64,000 nucleotides of DNA from Candidatus Rariloculaceae bacterium. GTDB lineage: Bacteria; Pseudomonadota; Gammaproteobacteria; Steroidobacterales; Rariloculaceae. This document shows positions 10,957-21,103 of the stretch, one piece after another. Positions within the stretch are counted from its first letter, which is position 1. Each line of letters starts with the position of its first letter. Under the pieces are notes generated by a model. It was not told the DNA's origin and did no database searches. It was given only the letters and a program-made list of their open reading frames with translations. The translations under genes and the position numbers were made by a program. The stretch covers positions 2,715,092 to 2,779,091 of the forward strand of contig OZ245000.1 of the NCBI GenBank assembly GCA_965223375.1, in the 5' to 3' direction.

Positions 10957-12408
10957 CTATAGGGAGTGAATTCTGCTCTTCTTTCGGTCGCTGGACGACG
11001 GAATTTTCATCGCTTCACGGTACTTGGCGACCGTGCGTCTGGCAACCTGAACGCCGTCTTCCGAGAGCAGCTTTGCGATCTGGTTGTCGGACAGCGGCTT
11101 CTCGGCCGGCTCTGCCCCGATCAGCTTCCGAATCTTGGCGCGCACAGCCGTCGACGACTGGTCGCCGTCATCGCCGGCGACGTGGCTCGAGAAGAAATAC
11201 CGGAATTCGAAGATGCCGCGCGGCGTATGCATGAACTTGTTCGTCGTAACGCGCGATACGGTCGATTCGTGCATCTCGATCGCCTCGGCGACGTCGCGCA
11301 GCACCATTGGCCGCATGTGCTCCTCGCCATGCTCGAGAAACTCCGTCTGTCGCTGCACGATGGATTGTGCGACTTTCAGCAGCGTCTCGTTGCGAATCTC
11401 GAGGCTGCGGATCAGCCAGCGCGCCTCCTGCAGCTGGCTCTTCAGCACGTCGTATTCTTCGCCGCGACCCAGCGAGGAGGCATAGACCTGATTGACCCGT
11501 AGCCGCGGTGCGAGCTCACCGTTGAGCTCGACGATCCAGCGGCCGTCGAGCTTTCGGACGAATACATCCGGAACGACATAATCCGCCTGTGGTGCGTAGA
11601 CTGCGGCGCCGGGTCGCGGGTGGCAGGAGCGGACGAGCGCCAGTGCCTGCTCGAGCTCCTCGTCGGTCGCGGAAAGCGCGCGGCGCAGTGCCGAGAACTG
11701 ATGTCGGGCCACAAGCTCCAGATGACTGCCCGCGACTTCCCGGGCCATCGCAAGGCCCGGCGTCGAGGCGTCGAGCTGCGCGAGCTGCAGCAGCACGCAT
11801 TCACTGACCGACTGGGCGCCGACCCCGACGGGGTCGAAATACTGAATCAGCGCAAGCACGGCTTCTATCTCGTCGACCGAGACGTTGACGTCGGGCGCGA
11901 GCGTCGTGCGGATCGTTTCCAGGCCGTCCGTCAGGTAGCCGTCGTCGTTGATCGCGTCGATGATTGCCTGGCCGATCGCGTTCTTGACCGCGTCGAGATT
12001 CTCGAGCTCGAGCTGCCACAGCAAATGTTCGCGGAGCGATTCGGCGGAGCGATCCGCCTGGTCCCAGTCCGGGCCCGGCTCGTTGCGGCGGGGTCCTTCC
12101 GACGGCCCGGCCGTTGGCCTGTCCTCCCAGTCAGTTTCTGTCGCGATGTCGACGTCCGGTCCGTCGTCGGCGCTGCCGGCATCGACATCGGTTGCATCGG
12201 CGACTTCGGCGGCGTCCGCGGCCTCGCCGGTCTCTGCTTCGGCAGCATCGGCAGGAAGCTCCTCGAGCATGACGTTCTGCTCGAGCGCATCGTGAATCTG
12301 CGCCTGGAGCTCCATTACCGGCAGCTGCAGCAGCCGAATGGCCTGCTGCAGCTGCGGCGTCATCGTCAGCTGCTGACTCAGCCTGAGCTGTAACGAGGGC
12401 TTCAACAC
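10957..12408 (-). CDS. rpoN: RNA polymerase sigma-54 factor
   Basis: 483 aa. Gln/Leu-rich region I (LRLSQQLTMTPQLQQAIRLLQL), acidic region II, RpoN box ARRTVAKYR near the C-terminus. Confidence 0.97.
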   Translation of the reverse strand: MLKPSLQLRLSQQLTMTPQLQQAIRLLQLPVMELQAQIHDALEQNVMLEELPADAAEAETGEAADAAEVADATDVDAGSADDGPDVDIATETDWEDRPTAGPSEGPRRNEPGPDWDQADRSAESLREHLLWQLELENLDAVKNAIGQAIIDAINDDGYLTDGLETIRTTLAPDVNVSVDEIEAVLALIQYFDPVGVGAQSVSECVLLQLAQLDASTPGLAMAREVAGSHLELVARHQFSALRRALSATDEELEQALALVRSCHPRPGAAVYAPQADYVVPDVFVRKLDGRWIVELNGELAPRLRVNQVYASSLGRGEEYDVLKSQLQEARWLIRSLEIRNETLLKVAQSIVQRQTEFLEHGEEHMRPMVLRDVAEAIEMHESTVSRVTTNKFMHTPRGIFEFRYFFSSHVAGDDGDQSSTAVRAKIRKLIGAEPAEKPLSDNQIAKLLSEDGVQVARRTVAKYREAMKIPSSSDRKKSRIHSL

Positions 12409-12422
12409 GTTCTGTTATCCGC

Positions 12423-13148
12423 TCAGAGCGAAAAACCTTCGCCGAGGTAGACTTTTCTCACTTTTTCGTCTGCCAGAACCTCGTCCGGCCGGCCCGAGGC
12501 CATCAGTTCTCCATTGTTCAGAATATATGCGTGCCCGCAGATTCCAAGTGTTTCGCGCACATTGTGATCGGTTATCAGTACGCCGATATCGCGGTGACTG
12601 AGATGGCGGATGATGCGCTGAATGTCGAGCACCGATATGGGGTCGACACCGGCGAACGGCTCGTCGAGGAGAATGAATTTCGGATCGGCCGCGAGGGCCC
12701 GCGCGATTTCGACGCGCCGGCGCTCGCCGCCGGACAGGCTCAGGCCGAGCGAGTCGCGGACGTGGCCGATATGCAGCTCCTCGAGCAGCTTCTCGAGCTG
12801 GGCCTGGCGATCGGCCCGCTTGAGGCCGGAACGCGTTTCCAGAATCGCGCGGACGTTGTCGGCGACACTGAGATTTCTGAAGACCGATGCTTCCTGAGGC
12901 AGGTAGCCGACGCCGAGCCTTGCCCGGCGATGGACCGGGAGGCGCGTGATGTCCTGGCCGTTCAGCACGATGTTGCCGTCATCGCACCGCACGAGTCCGA
13001 CGATCATGTAGAACGCAGTCGTCTTGCCGGCACCGTTCGGCCCGAGCAGCCCGACGACATCGCCGCTCTCGACCGACAGCGAGAGGCCATTGACGACCCG
13101 ACGACGCCTGAAGCGCTTGCTGATGCCGACGGCTTCGAGTCTGCTCAT
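12423..13148 (-). CDS. lptB: LPS export ABC transporter ATP-binding protein
   Basis: 241 aa from [13 protein letters not shown]. Walker [10 protein letters not shown], signature LSGGERRR. The track ORF (444 aa) is an upstream out-of-gene extension. ATGA overlap with the lptA stop. Confidence 0.95.
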   Translation of the reverse strand: MSRLEAVGISKRFRRRRVVNGLSLSVESGDVVGLLGPNGAGKTTAFYMIVGLVRCDDGNIVLNGQDITRLPVHRRARLGVGYLPQEASVFRNLSVADNVRAILETRSGLKRADRQAQLEKLLEELHIGHVRDSLGLSLSGGERRRVEIARALAADPKFILLDEPFAGVDPISVLDIQRIIRHLSHRDIGVLITDHNVRETLGICGHAYILNNGELMASGRPDEVLADEKVRKVYLGEGFSL

Positions 13149-13786
13149 TGGCTGGCTGCGGATTCCGCAGCCGAAGACTCCGGATCCTCCTCCGGATAGA
13201 TGGTGAACATCGTCCGGCAGTCGGAGGATCCGGAATTGAACGTTCTGTCGGCGAGGTGGTAGATCAGATCGCAGCCGGAATACTCGTTCGACCCCAGCGT
13301 CAGCGTCGCTTCGCCGTAGAGCGCCGCAGTCTGCCCCTCGTTGTCGAAAACGATGCGTTCCGCCGTGCCGCGCACGGTCGTCTGCTGCTCGTCGATGAAG
13401 TCGGTGATCTCGACCGGCGCGCCCAACAGTTCGCCGGACAGCAACTTGCCTTCCGAAAAGATGAAGGTCGCTGATGCCGCCGTCAGAACGGCCGACTCGA
13501 CGGCGACGCGAACGCTGCCCGCGAAGCGCCAGCGACTGTTTTCGAAGCTCGTCTCGTCGGTTGTGCCTTCGAGCGCGTTGATCGTAATGCTGCCATCGGT
13601 TACCGCGACATTCGTATAGATGCTCTCGTTGTTCCGCAGGTCGAGCGACAGCCTGTCGAACGCGGCAGTAAAGCTGCGCGGCGCTTCGGCCGCATCCTGC
13701 GCCACCAGCGTCGCCGGTCCGAGCAGCACCGCTGCGAGCGCGACGGCGCGCAGGCACCGGTCAGGGAACAAGGTGAGCCGACACAT
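13145..13786 (-). CDS. lptA: LPS transport periplasmic protein LptA
   Basis: OstA-like protein between lptC and lptB. Start placed at [30 protein letters not shown] (signal peptide). Acidic/Ser-rich C-terminal tail. Confidence 0.82.
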   Translation of the reverse strand: MCRLTLFPDRCLRAVALAAVLLGPATLVAQDAAEAPRSFTAAFDRLSLDLRNNESIYTNVAVTDGSITINALEGTTDETSFENSRWRFAGSVRVAVESAVLTAASATFIFSEGKLLSGELLGAPVEITDFIDEQQTTVRGTAERIVFDNEGQTAALYGEATLTLGSNEYSGCDLIYHLADRTFNSGSSDCRTMFTIYPEEDPESSAAESAASQ

Positions 13787-14327
13787 CGGAGTGCAATTCA
13801 ATCCGGTCGTGAACCAGGTCGGCGGTAAGGCCGGTCGCCGCGAAGCGCGTCTTGCCGCGCTCGAGCGCAATGCGGTCCTCGGTGGAGGCTGTCGACGTTC
13901 GCGTATCGAGCGTCAGCGAAGCCGCCACGATCGAGGTTGCCGGGCCGTCGTCGGGCCCGGTGCTCTCGAGCCGTACGCCGTCGCTCAGCCGCAGCACGTT
14001 CTGATCCGCGGCTCTGACGCCGGCTGCCGCGCTGAGCTGCCAGCGAATATCGAGCGACGGGTCATAATCGATCTTGAGCTCGCGCAGCTCGAGGGCGCCG
14101 CCGTCGGCCGGTTGCCGAACCTCGGCCGCGGTCAACCTATAGAAAATGCGGCCCTCGGCGTCGGCGCCGAACAGCGTCGCGTTCGTCAGATAATAAGAGG
14201 CGTCTGCCGCCTCGCCGCTGCCCGCGGTCGGGTCGTTGCCCGGTTGCGGCCGCCCGAGCAGCCAGGTGACCGCGGCGAGACCGACGAGCAGGCCGACGCC
14301 GACTACGTTTCTGATCGCCGTGAACAT
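13761..14327 (-). CDS. lptC: LPS export system protein LptC
   Basis: 188 aa from MFTAIRNVVGVGLLVGLAAVTWLL (single N-terminal TM). Position directly upstream of lptA-lptB. Confidence 0.8.
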   Translation of the reverse strand: MFTAIRNVVGVGLLVGLAAVTWLLGRPQPGNDPTAGSGEAADASYYLTNATLFGADAEGRIFYRLTAAEVRQPADGGALELRELKIDYDPSLDIRWQLSAAAGVRAADQNVLRLSDGVRLESTGPDDGPATSIVAASLTLDTRTSTASTEDRIALERGKTRFAATGLTADLVHDRIELHSDVSAHLVP

Positions 14328-14473
14328 CTTATCGTCGCTGCCGGATCCTTCCAGACGCCGCCGGCAATTGTACGTCAACCCCGCGGGCGGCCGGGTGAGG
14401 CGTCTGTCGCGATTCGGGATGGCGTGCCGACGGATGCGCTAGACTCGCGTTCTTTGCGAACCGGGATCAGAAA

Positions 14474-16010
<1,537 letters not shown>

Positions 16011-16231
16011 GCGCGTGTAATAGACCGCGGGGCGGGCGGGCGCCAGGGCGCCGCCGGCGGGCCGTGTTGTGGTGTGTCCGTCGGAGTGCGTTATATAATG
16101 CGCGCGGCCGAAATCGCCACCGGTAGCCGCGTCAGTGCAGGGACAGCGCGGCAACAGCCGACTGAAAACGAAGATGATCGCCGACGGCAACAAACCGGGT
16201 AACCGGGCTCGCGGTCGGCGTGGAGTGCTCG

Positions 16232-16825
16232 ATGACTGAAAGCCCGGGGCTGTCACGCCGCCACTTTCTGACTGCCGCGACGGCGGTGACGGCCGGCGCC
16301 GGTGCCGTCGGCGTCGCGGTGCCATTCGTTGCATCCTTCCAGCCGAGCGCTCGCGCGCAGGCGCTCGGTGCGCCGGTGACGCAGGACGTCAGCAAACTCG
16401 AGCCCGGCGCGATGATCAAGGTCGAGTGGCGCGGCCGGGCGATCTTCATCCTCCACCGCACCGAGGCGATGCTCGCGGCTCTGCCGCAAGTGCAGGACGA
16501 GTTGCGCGACCCGGCCTCCGAGGAATCCGATCAGCCCGAGTACGCACAGAACGAATACCGCAGCGTCCGCCCCGAGATTCTCGTCATGGAAGGGGTCTGT
16601 ACGCATCTGGGCTGCGCACCGACTGCCCGCTTCGAGGTCGCTCCGGTGGACCTCGGACCCGACTGGCCCGGCGGGTTCTTCTGCCCGTGCCACGGCTCCA
16701 AGTTCGATCTCGCGGGGCGCGTCTATGCCGGCGTGCCCGCCCCGACGAACCTGCGCGTTCCGCCATACCGATTCGTCAATGACGACATGATCGTCATCGG
16801 CGTCGACACCACGGCGAATTCCTGA
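16232..16825 (+). CDS. petA: ubiquinol-cytochrome c reductase Rieske iron-sulfur subunit
   Basis: Tat-type signal SRRHFL; Rieske boxes CTHLGC and CPCHGS. GGAG lies 6 nt before ATG 16232; an upstream GTG at 16220 is possible. Confidence 0.94.
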   Translation: MTESPGLSRRHFLTAATAVTAGAGAVGVAVPFVASFQPSARAQALGAPVTQDVSKLEPGAMIKVEWRGRAIFILHRTEAMLAALPQVQDELRDPASEESDQPEYAQNEYRSVRPEILVMEGVCTHLGCAPTARFEVAPVDLGPDWPGGFFCPCHGSKFDLAGRVYAGVPAPTNLRVPPYRFVNDDMIVIGVDTTANS

Positions 16826-16826
16826 C

Positions 16827-18086
16827 ATGGCGACATCCGAAGCGGACATGATGAATCGGCTGGGGCAGCGCCTCGAAGCCCTGGTCGGGTGGGTCGATGC
16901 CCGGTTCCCGATGACGAAACTGATCCGGGAGCACGCGACCGAGTACTACGCATCGAAGAATTTCAACCTGTGGTACGGCTTCGGCATTCTGGCGACTGTC
17001 GTGCTCGTCCTGCAGCTCGTGACCGGCATCTTCCTGACGATGAACTACAAGCCGTCCGCCGAGGAAGCGTTTGCGTCGGTCGAGTACATCATGCGCGATG
17101 TCGAGTGGGGCTGGCTGATCCGCTACCTGCACTCGACCGGGGCGTCGGCGTTCTTCGTCGTCGTCTACCTCCACATGTTCCGCGGCCTGATGTACGGCTC
17201 GTACAAGAAGCCCCGGGAGATGGTCTGGATCATCGGAATGCTGATTTATCTCTGCCTGATGGCGGAGGCGTTTTTCGGCTACCTGCTGCCGTGGGGCAAC
17301 ATGTCCTACTGGGGCGCGCAGGTGATCGTCTCGCTGTTCGGCGCCGTACCGGTCATCGGCGAGGGGCTGGCCGAATGGATTCGCGGTGACTTTTATATCT
17401 CCGACATCACGCTCAATCGCTTTTTCGCGTTTCACGTCATAGCGGTGCCGTTGCTGCTCGTGGCACTGGTCGTTGTGCACATCATGGCGCTGCACGAAGT
17501 CGGGTCGAACAACCCGGACGGCATCGAGATCAAGGAGCACAAGAACGCCGATGGAATTCCGGTCGACGGTGTCGCGTTCCATCCCTATCACACGACGAAG
17601 GATCTGGTGATCATCGTCGGTTTCCTGATCATCTTCTCCGGTGTCGTCTTCTTCGCACCCGAGATGGGCGGCTATTTCCTCGAGTTTGCGAACTTCGAGC
17701 CGGCCGATCCGCTCGTGACCCCGGAACATATCGCGCCGGTCTGGTACTTCACGCCGTTCTACTCGATTCTTAAGGCCGTCCCGGACAAGCTGATGGGCGT
17801 GATCCTGATGGGCGGCGCCGTCATGCTGCCGTTTTTCCTGCCGTGGCTCGACCGCTGCCGGGTCAAGTCGATCCGTTACCGCTCCTGGATTTACAAGCTG
17901 GCGCTGGCGCTGCTCGCGATCAGTTTCCTGGCGCTCGGCTATATCGGTTTGCAGCCGCCGACGACCGTGTACACAAATCTGGCGAGAGTTTTCTCCGTGA
18001 TCTACTTCGCTTTCTTCCTGCTGATGCCGTTTTACTCGAGCATAGAGAAGACCAAACCCGTGCCGACGCGCGTGACCTGGAAATGA
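16827..18086 (+). CDS. petB: cytochrome b
   Basis: 419 aa polytopic membrane protein with cytochrome b blocks (..WYGFGILA.., ..RYLHSTGASAFF.., ..PEWYF-like APVWYFTPFY). Confidence 0.95.
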   Translation: MATSEADMMNRLGQRLEALVGWVDARFPMTKLIREHATEYYASKNFNLWYGFGILATVVLVLQLVTGIFLTMNYKPSAEEAFASVEYIMRDVEWGWLIRYLHSTGASAFFVVVYLHMFRGLMYGSYKKPREMVWIIGMLIYLCLMAEAFFGYLLPWGNMSYWGAQVIVSLFGAVPVIGEGLAEWIRGDFYISDITLNRFFAFHVIAVPLLLVALVVVHIMALHEVGSNNPDGIEIKEHKNADGIPVDGVAFHPYHTTKDLVIIVGFLIIFSGVVFFAPEMGGYFLEFANFEPADPLVTPEHIAPVWYFTPFYSILKAVPDKLMGVILMGGAVMLPFFLPWLDRCRVKSIRYRSWIYKLALALLAISFLALGYIGLQPPTTVYTNLARVFSVIYFAFFLLMPFYSSIEKTKPVPTRVTWK

Positions 18087-18841
18087 GCGGCAACCGGAAA
18101 ATGGCGCGACCCGGGGTGCGCTTCACTGCCACGCTGCTGCTCGCGACCGGTCTCGTCGCCGTCGCGTCGGCGCAGCACGAAGTGGAGGTCGAGCCGGCCA
18201 ACAACGACGTATCCGACACCGAGTCGCTGCAGCGCGGCGCGCGCTACTTCGTCAACTATTGTCTCGGCTGCCATTCGGCCGACTATGTCCGTTACAACCG
18301 GTTGGCCGAGGATCTGCAGATCCCGGAGGATCAGCTCGAAGCCAATCTGATGTTCACCGGCGAGCAGCCGTTCGACACGATGAGCATCGCGATGCGGCCG
18401 GAGGATGCGAATCGCTGGTTCGGGGTGACGCCGCCGGATCTGTCGCTGATCGCCCGCAGCCGGGGAACGGACTACCTCTACACGTTCCTGCGCAGCTTCT
18501 ACGTCGATGAATCGCGGCCGACCGGCGTCGACAACACGGCGCTGCCCGGCACGGCGATGCCGCATGTTCTTTGGCAACTGCAAGGCCTGCAGGAGGCGCA
18601 CTTCGAGCATGCGGAAGACGGCACCGAGCATTTCGAAGGCTTCGAGTTGCGGCAGGCCGGCGCACTGAGCCCGCTCGAATATGACGCGGCGGTTCGTGAT
18701 ATCGTCAACTTTCTGGACTACATCGGCGAGCCAATGCAGCTAGAGCGGCAAAGGCTGGGCATACGCGTCATTGCGTTTCTGCTCGTCCTGTTGCTCATCT
18801 CCTACCTGCTCAAGCGAGAAATCTGGAAAGACGTCAAGTAA
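18083..18841 (+). CDS. petC: cytochrome c1
   Basis: 252 aa. Signal peptide, heme motif CLGCHS, C-terminal TM anchor. ATGA overlap with the petB stop; alternative ATG at 18101. Confidence 0.92.
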   Translation: MSGNRKMARPGVRFTATLLLATGLVAVASAQHEVEVEPANNDVSDTESLQRGARYFVNYCLGCHSADYVRYNRLAEDLQIPEDQLEANLMFTGEQPFDTMSIAMRPEDANRWFGVTPPDLSLIARSRGTDYLYTFLRSFYVDESRPTGVDNTALPGTAMPHVLWQLQGLQEAHFEHAEDGTEHFEGFELRQAGALSPLEYDAAVRDIVNFLDYIGEPMQLERQRLGIRVIAFLLVLLLISYLLKREIWKDVK

Positions 18842-18900
18842 GCCGCGCTGCCGCGGCAAGCCGAGCGACAGCTCAGGAAAGGTTCTAAGGAGATGCCGGC

Positions 18901-19530
18901 GTGGCGGACGTTTCTTTCGGTCGGTCAGTGATGACCCTGTTCTCGAAGCCCAATGATCCCTGGAGCCACCGCACGCGGCTGGTGCTGGCGGAAAAGAGCA
19001 TCAACATCGATATCGTCGATGTCGAGGAAGGCAATCTGCCGGAAGATCTGCTCGACCTGAATCCCTACAACAGCGTGCCGACGCTGATCGACCGGGACCT
19101 CGTGCTGTACGACTCGCGCGTCATCATGGAATACCTCGACGAGCGATTCCCGCACCCGCCGCTGATGCCGGTCGACCCGGTGACGCGGGCCCACTTCCGC
19201 CTGGCGCTGTTCCGAATCGAGCACGACTGGTATCCGCTTGCCGAGGAAATCGGGCGCGACCCCGACCGCAAACCGGCGGCTCGCGCCGTGCGTTCGCTCG
19301 AGGAAAGCCTGTTGTCCGGCATCGATATCTTCGCTGCCAAGACCTATTTCCTGAGCGACGAGTTTTCGCTGGTCGACTGCACGATCGCGCCGATTCTCTG
19401 GCGGCTGCCGATGTTCGGTATCGAGCTGCCGGCGAACGCAAAACCCATCGTCAAATACATGGACGCCGTGTTCTCGCGGCCTTCGTTCCATGCAAGCCTC
19501 ACGGAATCGGAGCTGGAAATCCGTCAGTGA
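18901..19530 (+). CDS. sspA: stringent starvation protein A
   Basis: 209 aa, GST-like. The N-terminus ..RSVMTLFS.. matches the E. coli SspA N-terminus (from memory), so GTG 18901 with AAGGAG 8 nt upstream is preferred over ATG 18931. Confidence 0.93.
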   Translation: MADVSFGRSVMTLFSKPNDPWSHRTRLVLAEKSINIDIVDVEEGNLPEDLLDLNPYNSVPTLIDRDLVLYDSRVIMEYLDERFPHPPLMPVDPVTRAHFRLALFRIEHDWYPLAEEIGRDPDRKPAARAVRSLEESLLSGIDIFAAKTYFLSDEFSLVDCTIAPILWRLPMFGIELPANAKPIVKYMDAVFSRPSFHASLTESELEIRQ

Positions 19531-19590
19531 GCGCCCGGGGGCTGGCGGCGCCGTGCTGCCCGGCCGGCCGTACGCCGACGAGTCCCCGCC

Positions 19591-20058
19591 ATGAGCACCC
19601 GCCGCCAGACCAGCTCCCAGCGTCCATATCTGCTGCGCGCGATTCACGAGTGGATGATCGACAACGATTTGACGCCGCATGTGGTCGTCGATGCCGCCGC
19701 CGATGGCGTGCGGGCTCCGGAAGGCTATGCCGACGACGGCAAGCTGATTCTGAACATCAGTTATTCGGCAACGCACGCGCTGTCGCTCGGTAACGACGCA
19801 ATCTGCTTCGAGGCCCGTTTCAGTGGCGTGCCGCACCATGTCACGCTGCCGATCGATTCCGTGCTCGGAATCTACGCGCGCGAGACCGGTCAGGGCATGG
19901 CATTCGCGGCCGGTGAGTCGCCGCCGGAGCCCGACGGTCCCGACAGCCCCGGCGGCCCCGACCGGCCGATCGGCTTCGACCGGCCCGACGCGGGAGGCGA
20001 CAAACCGGACAAGCCGCCCGGGGGCGGTGACCGCCCGGCTCTGAAAGTCGTCAAGTAA
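19591..20058 (+). CDS. sspB: ClpXP adaptor SspB
   Basis: 155 aa. RPYLLRAIHEWMIDNDLTPHVVVD N-domain, flexible Pro/Gly/Asp linker, C-terminal ClpX-binding tail RPALKVVK. Confidence 0.93.
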   Translation: MSTRRQTSSQRPYLLRAIHEWMIDNDLTPHVVVDAAADGVRAPEGYADDGKLILNISYSATHALSLGNDAICFEARFSGVPHHVTLPIDSVLGIYARETGQGMAFAAGESPPEPDGPDSPGGPDRPIGFDRPDAGGDKPDKPPGGGDRPALKVVK

Positions 20059-20065
20059 GCTCGGC

Positions 20066-20665
<600 letters not shown>

Positions 20666-20734
20666 TCAGTGACAGCGGGAGCGATCCCGGTTGCGCGCAC
20701 TTTCGCCGGAATCGCGGCGGGCATCAAGAGCCGG

Positions 20735-21103
20735 TCAGGCGGCGAAGGCGTTGCGTATCCATTCGATCTCGGGATGCGCCGTATCTTTCGAGTCGATGGC
20801 GACGACATCGAAACGGATCGGCAATCGGTCGAATTCGGGATGGGTCATCAGATAGTGCCGGGTGGCCAGCACGATCTTGCGTTGCTTGCGCGGATCGACG
20901 CTCGCCGCAGCGCCGCCGTAGCGGCGACTGCGCCGCGCGCGGACCTCGACGATGACCAGCTGGTCGTCTTCTCGGCAGACGAGATCGAGCTCGCCGCCAC
21001 GACACCGATAGCCGTGCTCGAGGATCGTGACGCCGTTGCCGCTCAGCAGGGCCGCGGCACGTAGCTCCCAGCTCCGCCCGTCGGTGCGCCGGTCGCGCGT
21101 CAC
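20735..21103 (-). CDS. yraN: YraN-family (UPF0102) endonuclease-like protein
   Basis: 122 aa. ..GGELDLVC..VIVEVRAR.. pattern of the YraN family. Sits between lpoA and diaA. Confidence 0.85.
   Translation of the reverse strand: MTRDRRTDGRSWELRAAALLSGNGVTILEHGYRCRGGELDLVCREDDQLVIVEVRARRSRRYGGAAASVDPRKQRKIVLATRHYLMTHPEFDRLPIRFDVVAIDSKDTAHPEIEWIRNAFAA

Noticed and set aside
12423-13757. Over-long track ORFs: lptB 444 aa. Also ftsI from 25602, murG from 33417, murC from 35381, murB from 36556, nadE from 58396, coaE to 49006.
   Set aside because: The N-terminal extensions run through the preceding gene in another frame and lack family similarity. The conserved N-termini begin at internal ATG/GTG codons that overlap the upstream stop, so the genes were trimmed.
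17461-17480. TGGCAC sequences inside genes (for example in petB at about 17462 and in tkt at about 633) as extra sigma54 promoters
   Set aside because: No TTGC element lies at the required N5 spacing, and they sit inside coding sequence. Only the pilA site has the full -24/-12 pair.
18893-18931. ATG directly abutting AAGGAG upstream of sspA (12-codon mini-ORF)
   Set aside because: The SD-to-ATG spacing is essentially zero. The same AAGGAG is ideally spaced (8 nt) for GTG 18901, which restores the conserved SspA N-terminus. The SD therefore belongs to sspA.
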